In this document: in pieces, positions 58,453 through 64,000 of the stretch
How the letters are laid out: the number at the start of each line of letters is the position of its first letter
Numbering within the stretch: the first letter of the stretch is position 1
Origin: Pseudomonadales bacterium
GTDB taxonomy: Bacteria; Pseudomonadota; Gammaproteobacteria; Pseudomonadales; JBFGWM01
Reading direction: 5' to 3'
NCBI GenBank assembly: GCA_041682035.1
Contig: JBFKKR010000002.1
Location: forward strand, 216 to 64,215
DNA: 64,000 nucleotides
Notes under the pieces: generated by a model
Databases searched by the model: none
The model's input: only the letters and a program-made list of their open reading frames with translations
What the model was told of the DNA's origin: nothing
Translations under genes and position numbers: made by a program

Positions 58453-58524
58453 GTCAGACTTCAGTCTGACAACCCACGAAACACAATCCGCCGTTAATGA
58501 ATGGAAGGCTGAAGCCTTACCTAC
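58453..58524. repeat. REP-like palindromes (2 units)
   Basis: GTCAGACTTCAGTCTGAC at 58453-58470 and AAGGCTGAAGCCTTACCTAC at 58505-58524. Confidence 0.75.
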
Positions 58525-58563
58525 GCATCTACAGCAACAGCAGGTACACGGCGGAACAATCTT

Positions 58564-58875
58564 TCACGATTTTTCCTTTGCCTTTTTCGCCCGGTTCGCG
58601 CGCGCTTCCTTCGGGTCGATCAGCAGCGGGCGGTAGATCTCCACGCGGTCACCGGGCTGCAGCACGTGCTCGTCCGGCTTCGCGATGGCCTTGCTGAAGA
58701 TGCCCATTTTCGCGGTATCGAGGTCGATCTGCGGGAAGTGTTCGAGGATGCCGGAGTCGTGCACCGCCTGCAGCGCGGTGCTGCCGGGCGCGACGCGCAC
58801 CGGGATGATCATCTGTTCGGTGGGCAGCGCATACGCCACCTCCACCTCGATGCTCTCGGGTTCCGGTTCGCTCAC
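58564..58875 (-). CDS. rnfH: RnfH family ubiquitin-like protein
   Basis: IEVEVAYALP..Q and GDRVEIYRPLLIDPKEARANR. The GTG start overlaps the upstream stop as GTGA. Confidence 0.8.
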   Translation of the reverse strand: MSEPEPESIEVEVAYALPTEQMIIPVRVAPGSTALQAVHDSGILEHFPQIDLDTAKMGIFSKAIAKPDEHVLQPGDRVEIYRPLLIDPKEARANRAKKAKEKS

Positions 58876-60242
58876 TGCGAGAAGTACCGGTACAGCGTCA
58901 GGGTGAAGATGACCAGCACCGCCGCCGGTGACAGGTACCGCACCAGGAGCCGCCAAATGCGGTAAATGGCCGGCGTCTCCAGCGCCAGTTCACCATGCAC
59001 GTCCGGCTCGCGCATCTTCCAGCCGACGAAGATCGCGATCGCCACGCCGCCCAGGGGCAGCATGATGTTGGCGGTGAGGAAATCCAGGGCATCGAAGAAG
59101 GTCAGCCCGAAGACCTGCACCTCTTTCCAGATGTTGAACGAGAAGACCGTGCCCAGCCCGAGCAACCAGGTCAGGAAGCCCAGGAGAATGGAAATCTTTA
59201 CGCGACTGATGCCGAACTTCTCCACCGCCCAGGCCACCGCCGGCTCGATCAGGGAAATGGAGGAACTCCATGCCGCGAACGTCACCAGCACGAAAAACAG
59301 CACGCCGAAGAAGCCGCCCAGGGGCATGTTGCCGAACGCCAGGGGCAGCGTGACGAACATCAGGCCGGGCCCCGCACCGGCCTCCAGGTCGTTGGCGAAC
59401 ACGATCGGGAAGATGGCGAGCCCGGCAACCAGCGCGACCAGCGTATCGAGGAACGCCACCATGCAGACCGTCGCGCCGATGGAAGATCTTTTCGGCATGT
59501 AGGCGCCGTAGATCATGATCGCGCCCATGCCGAGACTGAGCGTGAAGAAGGCGTGGCCCATGGCCACCACCAGGCTGTTCACGTTGAGGTTCTCGGCACG
59601 CATGCTGAACAGGAAGGTGAAACCCTTCATGAAAGCACCGGTGTTGACGGCGTACCCGACCAGGATCAGCAGCAGCACGAACAGCGCGGGCATCAGGATG
59701 CGCACCGCTGCCTCGAGGCCCCGGTTGACGCCGCGTGCAACGACGAACATGGTCATGAACATGAACACCGTGTGCCAGAACGCCAGCCGTGCCGGGTTCG
59801 CGGTGAGATCGTTGAAGGTGCTGCCGGCGAACTCCGATTTCGCCATGTGGAACGTGCCATCGGCCATCCGCAGGATGTACTCCAGCGCCCACCCGGCGAT
59901 CACGCTGTAATAGGAGAGGATGAGGAAACCGGCGATGACGCCGACCCAGCCCAGCAGGCCCCAGGCGCGTGACACGCCGGCTTCGCCCGCCAGCGAAATC
60001 ATGGTGTTGACCGGACTCTGGCGGCCACTGCGACCGAGCAGCACCTCCGCCATCATGATGGGCACGCCGACCATGAGGATGCACAGCAGGTAGACCAGCA
60101 CGAACACACCGCCGCCGTTTTCACCGGCGATGTAGGGAAATTTCCAGATGTTGCCCAGGCCCACCGCGGAGCCGGTGGCGGCGAGGATGAAGGTCAGGCG
60201 GCTGGCCCAGATTCCGTGGATCGACTGGCTGTCTCTTGGCAT
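58872..60242 (-). CDS. Sodium-dependent transporter, NSS/SNF family
   Basis: [20 protein letters not shown] and about 12 TM segments. Confidence 0.88.
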   Translation of the reverse strand: MPRDSQSIHGIWASRLTFILAATGSAVGLGNIWKFPYIAGENGGGVFVLVYLLCILMVGVPIMMAEVLLGRSGRQSPVNTMISLAGEAGVSRAWGLLGWVGVIAGFLILSYYSVIAGWALEYILRMADGTFHMAKSEFAGSTFNDLTANPARLAFWHTVFMFMTMFVVARGVNRGLEAAVRILMPALFVLLLILVGYAVNTGAFMKGFTFLFSMRAENLNVNSLVVAMGHAFFTLSLGMGAIMIYGAYMPKRSSIGATVCMVAFLDTLVALVAGLAIFPIVFANDLEAGAGPGLMFVTLPLAFGNMPLGGFFGVLFFVLVTFAAWSSSISLIEPAVAWAVEKFGISRVKISILLGFLTWLLGLGTVFSFNIWKEVQVFGLTFFDALDFLTANIMLPLGGVAIAIFVGWKMREPDVHGELALETPAIYRIWRLLVRYLSPAAVLVIFTLTLYRYFSQ

Positions 60243-60336
60243 AACGGCACCCGCGCCCGGTCAGGAAGCTGACATTCTCGGGGAATTGCCCCGGCCACTC
60301 AAGCTGGCCACGGGAGCGAGCGCGTATAATCCGGCC

Positions 60337-60816
60337 ATGAACAAAAAGCAGAAAAGCAATACCAGCGCGACCATCGCGCAGAACCGCAAGGCGCGGCACG
60401 ACTACCACCTGCGCGAACGCCTGGAAGCCGGCCTGGTGCTGGAGGGCTGGGAGGTGAAAAGCCTGCGGGCGGGCAAGGTGCAGCTGGTGGACAGTTACGT
60501 GCTGCTGAAAGGCGGCGAAGCCTTCCTGCTGGGCGCGCTCATCACGCCACTGACCAGCGCGAGCACGCACCGTGAAACCGACCCGACCCGCACCCGCAAA
60601 CTGCTGCTGCACCAGGAGGAACTCGCCCGGATCCACAACGCCACGCAGGCCAAGGGCATGGCCTGTATCCCGGTTTCCCTCTACTGGAAGAAACAGCGCG
60701 TGAAATGCGAGATCGCGCTGGCCGAGGGCAAGAAGGACTTCGACAAGCGCGAGGACATGAAGAAGAAAGACTGGGACCGCCAGCGCGCCCGCATCATGCG
60801 GAGTCAGAATCGCTGA
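60337..60816 (+). CDS. smpB: SsrA-binding protein SmpB
   Basis: [28 protein letters not shown] and RTRKLLLHQ. Confidence 0.93.
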   Translation: MNKKQKSNTSATIAQNRKARHDYHLRERLEAGLVLEGWEVKSLRAGKVQLVDSYVLLKGGEAFLLGALITPLTSASTHRETDPTRTRKLLLHQEELARIHNATQAKGMACIPVSLYWKKQRVKCEIALAEGKKDFDKREDMKKKDWDRQRARIMRSQNR

Positions 60817-62698
60817 CCCCGGGACGCTGCAGGCAGACGATGAACACGCTGCCCTCGCCCGGCGTGGACTCGATCGTCAGCCTGCCCCGGTTCCGTTCCA
60901 CGATCCGCACCACGGTGGCCAGGCCCAGCCCGAATCCCTCGTATTCCGCGCTGGAATGCAGCCGCGTCAGCGGCTTGTGGATTTGCGCCAGGTACTTGTT
61001 CTCGATCCCGATGCCGTTGTCGCGAACGATCACCTCGACGGTGGACGGCGTCGGGCCCGGCCGCGAGCTGATCTCCACCCGCGGCGTGCGCTCGCAGAAC
61101 TTCAGCGCATTGGCGATGAGATTCTGGAATACCTGGCGCATGTCGCCCGCATTGGACCAGACCACCGGCAGGTCCCCGACGACGACCTCGGCGCCGCGCT
61201 CTGCGACCTCCTGGTCCAGCATTTCGAGCACATCCTCCAGCACGGCGCGCAGGCGCACTTCCCCGGCCTCGGTGGGGGCGTCGGCGCTGGCGTAGCTGAG
61301 CAGGCGCGAGATGAGTTCCAGCATGAATCCCGACAGGCGCTGGATCGCTGCGAGGTGGGCCTCAACCGATTCGGAGCGCTCCCCGAGCTTCCGACGCACC
61401 AGGTCCACGAAGGCGCCGATCTTGCGGGCCGGGGATTTCAGGTCGTGGGCGGCGACGGCGGCAAACTGGGACAGCGCCTCGTTGCTGGCGCGCAGCTTGT
61501 CCTCGGCCTCGCGGCGACGCTGGATGCTCTGCAGGGAGCCGGACACGTACACGTGACCGTCCGCGGCGCGGCTCGCGACCCCCTTGATCCCGAACCAGCG
61601 GTATTCGCCGGCGCCGGTCCGCATGCGGCATTCGACCTCGAACGCATCCAGCGCGCCCCTCGCCTGCTCGAAGCGGGTCTTCACCTCCAGCCGCCGCTCT
61701 TCTTCGACAAGCTCAAGCACCTCGTCCATGCTCGCGGGCAGTTCGCTGATCTTTATACCCAGCAGCCGGCTGACCTGGAACGACATCCACAGCCGGGTCC
61801 CGCCCCCGACCTGCCACTCCCAGAGGCCGTCCCGGGAGCCGTCCACCGCGCGCTGGAAGCGTTCCTCGCCGCGCGCCACGGCCAATTGCAGATCGAGCTC
61901 GCGCTGTGAGCGGGCCAGGTCCCGCTCGGACTCACTGAGCAGATCCTGCACCCGCAGCAACAACCGCCCCAGCAGGATCAACATGGGGTTGGCGATCAAC
62001 AGGAAGATCAGCAGATCCGGCGCGCCCTGGCGGGTGGAGAAATAATCCCACTGCGGCAGCATGCGCACCAGCGCCATCGTCGACACGATGAACCAGACCG
62101 CCCAGCAGGCTTTCTCGGAAACCTGCCGGGGCAGGAATACGAGGAACGAGAAGTAGAGCACCGCGTGATAGCCGAAGAGCGGCATGAACATGGACAGGTC
62201 TTCCCGGCGGCTGGATGGCCCGTACAGCAGGGAGCCCTCGCGATAGAGAAAGAAGACGGCCAGGCAGCCGCACATGAAGTAGCTGGCCACCATGAGGCGG
62301 CTTGCATCCCGCCAGAGCCAGATGCCCAGCCCCGAGAGCAGCAGCGCGAACACCAGGCCCAGGTAGTGCTCGTTCTGGAACAGCCCCGGGTTGGCGGCCA
62401 TCACCTTGGTTCCGGCCAGGAAGTTCAGGATGACCAGCGGCAGGAAATAAAGAAGCGCGATACGCCGGTACCGCTCTTCCCGGGAGACGCCCGCTCCCTT
62501 GGCCTGGTCAGCCAAGGACCTGTTCCGGCATGTTGGGTGTTGCCATTCTCGATCCCGAAAGCATCCCTGACAGTCTAGCAATCCCTCAAAAGCGCCCACC
62601 ACGCGGTTTACGGGAAACATACGTAGGTGTTCTGCCCGCCAGCCCATATATTGAATGGATGGGAAAGGTGACGACGTTGTTTGGGCTGCTGCTCGCAC
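60794..62698 (-). CDS. Sensor histidine kinase: N-terminal multi-TM domain, coiled coil, PAS, HisKA, HATPase_c. No receiver domain.
   Basis: H-box [16 protein letters not shown] and G-box [20 protein letters not shown]. The start is uncertain (ATG 62698, ATG 62620 or TTG 62515). The 3' end overlaps the smpB 3' end by 23 nt. Confidence 0.85.
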   Translation of the reverse strand: MRAAAQTTSSPFPSIQYMGWRAEHLRMFPVNRVVGAFEGLLDCQGCFRDREWQHPTCRNRSLADQAKGAGVSREERYRRIALLYFLPLVILNFLAGTKVMAANPGLFQNEHYLGLVFALLLSGLGIWLWRDASRLMVASYFMCGCLAVFFLYREGSLLYGPSSRREDLSMFMPLFGYHAVLYFSFLVFLPRQVSEKACWAVWFIVSTMALVRMLPQWDYFSTRQGAPDLLIFLLIANPMLILLGRLLLRVQDLLSESERDLARSQRELDLQLAVARGEERFQRAVDGSRDGLWEWQVGGGTRLWMSFQVSRLLGIKISELPASMDEVLELVEEERRLEVKTRFEQARGALDAFEVECRMRTGAGEYRWFGIKGVASRAADGHVYVSGSLQSIQRRREAEDKLRASNEALSQFAAVAAHDLKSPARKIGAFVDLVRRKLGERSESVEAHLAAIQRLSGFMLELISRLLSYASADAPTEAGEVRLRAVLEDVLEMLDQEVAERGAEVVVGDLPVVWSNAGDMRQVFQNLIANALKFCERTPRVEISSRPGPTPSTVEVIVRDNGIGIENKYLAQIHKPLTRLHSSAEYEGFGLGLATVVRIVERNRGRLTIESTPGEGSVFIVCLQRPGVSDSDSA

Positions 62699-63456
62699 TC
62701 GGCGTGCTGGGGGCAGCCGCGTCGCATGCCGAATCCGGGGGTGCCGTGGAGGCGCACATCATGGTCGGCGTCATGGACACCGAGCCGCCCCTCAATGCCC
62801 CCATGCAGGCCATCGTCCGCGATGCCTACGTCGCCATCGGGCGGGTGCCGCACTTCGTCTTCAGCCCGCCGCGCCGCTCCCTGATGCTGGCCGGTACCGG
62901 CATGCTGGATGCCGAACTCTTCCGCGCCCCGGACGTGGAGCAACTTTACCCGGACCTCGTGCGGGTGGACTTTCCTCTCTACCGCGTGCAGGTGATCGCC
63001 TACACCCACGATGCCACCGCACCGATCTACGGCTGCCCGGACCTGCGCAATTACCGGGTGGGCGTGATCCGGGGCATCGTACTGATGGAAAACTGCGCGG
63101 AGGGGGCACAGCAGGTCGCCCGGGCACCGGATACCGCCCGGCTGGCGCAGATGCTCCGGAATCGCCGCGTGGATGTCATCCTGGTGGAGCGCGCCATGGG
63201 CGAGTTGCAGATCGCGCCGGTGGTCGGCATGGAGATTGTCGCGCTGCCACAACCATTGCTCACGGTGCCCGTTCATCACTACGTCCACCGCAAGCAGGCG
63301 CACCTGGCGGCGCCCCTGGCCGAGGCGCTCCGCGACCTGCACAGGAACGGGGAGATCGACTTCCGGCTCGCCCAGTGGCGCACCCAGGCCTACCCGGCCG
63401 CCATTGGCCCTGAAACCCTGGAAGCCAACGGCGCAGACGGTCCGGAACCGGAGTAA
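62659..63456 (+). CDS. Periplasmic solute-binding protein, family-3-like (orphan)
   Basis: Signal peptide [25 protein letters not shown] ~240-aa two-lobe SBP-like body (DAELFR..RV, RVDVILVE). No permease or ATPase gene is adjacent. Confidence 0.6.
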   Translation: MGKVTTLFGLLLALGVLGAAASHAESGGAVEAHIMVGVMDTEPPLNAPMQAIVRDAYVAIGRVPHFVFSPPRRSLMLAGTGMLDAELFRAPDVEQLYPDLVRVDFPLYRVQVIAYTHDATAPIYGCPDLRNYRVGVIRGIVLMENCAEGAQQVARAPDTARLAQMLRNRRVDVILVERAMGELQIAPVVGMEIVALPQPLLTVPVHHYVHRKQAHLAAPLAEALRDLHRNGEIDFRLAQWRTQAYPAAIGPETLEANGADGPEPE

Positions 63457-63600
63457 GGACGGGCGGCCAGTCCGCTGATCGGTCTTTTAGCGCCAGCCAT
63501 CCGGCGGGCTCGGCGGATGAGCCAGTCCTGGTGCATAATGGTCGTACCGGAATGCGTGAAGGCGCGGGTCTAACCCCGGCGCCCGGGCGCTACAGGTATT

Positions 63601-63957
63601 GGGGGCGATTTGGCTTCGACGTGGGTCGCGAACCCCAAGGTGCATGCCGAGATGGCAGCGAATCTCGTAAATCCAAAGCTGTAAACCAATAGTTGCCAAC
63701 GACGACAACTACGCACTAGCGGCCTAAACCCCGCTAGCAGTTCTGAAGAGGGGCCTGTACTTCTGAAAGAACTGTCATATTCACAGGATCGCGTGAGGGG
63801 GTGTTCGTGACCCGAGCGTTAAAACCCAAACTGCGGACTCGCCCTACACACCCTGCCCGTTGGGTCGTGATGGGTTAAATCAATAGACGGACCTAAGCAT
63901 GTAGAGCCGAGGGCAGAGGGCTGACGGACGCGGGTTCAACTCCCGCCGCCTCCACCA
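63601..63957 (+). ncRNA. ssrA: tmRNA (SsrA), one-piece
   Basis: The 5' GGGGGCG pairs with the 3' CGCCTCC-ACCA, including a G3:U pair. The tag ORF GCC AAC GAC GAC AAC TAC GCA CTA GCG GCC TAA (63695-63727) encodes ANDDNYALAA. The T-arm is GGTTCAACTCC. Confidence 0.93.
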
Positions 63958-64000
63958 AATACGGCGTCGCGGGAGACCACCCGAGACCACTCCAAACCAA

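Noticed and set aside
63487-63708. 73-aa minus-strand ORF
   Set aside because: It overlaps the 5' third of the tmRNA gene on the opposite strand and has no RBS.
63958-64000. Possible genomic-island attachment site at the tmRNA 3' end
   Set aside because: Only 43 bp follow the tmRNA before the window ends. No integrase or direct repeat of the tmRNA 3' end can be assessed.

Overview
This is a high-GC gammaproteobacterial chromosome segment that is overwhelmingly housekeeping. I call about 57 CDS, 2 tRNAs (initiator tRNA-Met and tRNA-Leu GAG), a tmRNA, one candidate sRNA, several promoters and terminators, and a dispersed REP-like palindrome family. I see no transposase, integrase, CRISPR array or recognisable defence gene. 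From my memory of P. aeruginosa PAO1 (roughly PA4722-PA4768, not checked), the gene order follows that scaffold: aminotransferase / dksA-gluQ-[cbrA]-cbrB-crcZ-pcnB-folK-panBCD-pgi-acs; pnp-rpsO-truB-rbfA-infB-nusA-rimP-tRNAfMet; secG-tpiA-glmM-folP-ftsH-rlmE / yhbY; greA-carBA-dapB-dnaJK-grpE; recN; fur / bamE; smpB; ssrA. The interesting material is where the window departs from that scaffold. (1) The cbrB-equivalent sigma-54 activator has no receiver domain and no cbrA. The 613-bp spacer before pcnB holds a near-consensus -24/-12 promoter, TGTTAC/GTAACA half sites, an (AAN)5 tract and a strong terminator, which suggests a minimal CrcZ-like Hfq-sponge sRNA. (2) DksA is read in one frame with a ~228-aa Lys/Ala/Thr-rich histone-H1-like N-terminal extension. 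(3) Two tandem Tat-signal BMP-family binding proteins with no ABC partners precede a CHASE-PAS histidine kinase, which is translationally coupled to a small Rieske protein. (4) Accessory inserts include a DUF3604/PHP-like protein between rlmE and yhbY, a divergent LVIVD beta-propeller plus polytopic membrane protein pair, and an orphan multi-TM PAS kinase plus orphan binding protein between smpB and ssrA. (5) The REP-like hairpin family shows compensatory stem variation. All functional calls rest on motif and family recognition by eye. No database search was run.
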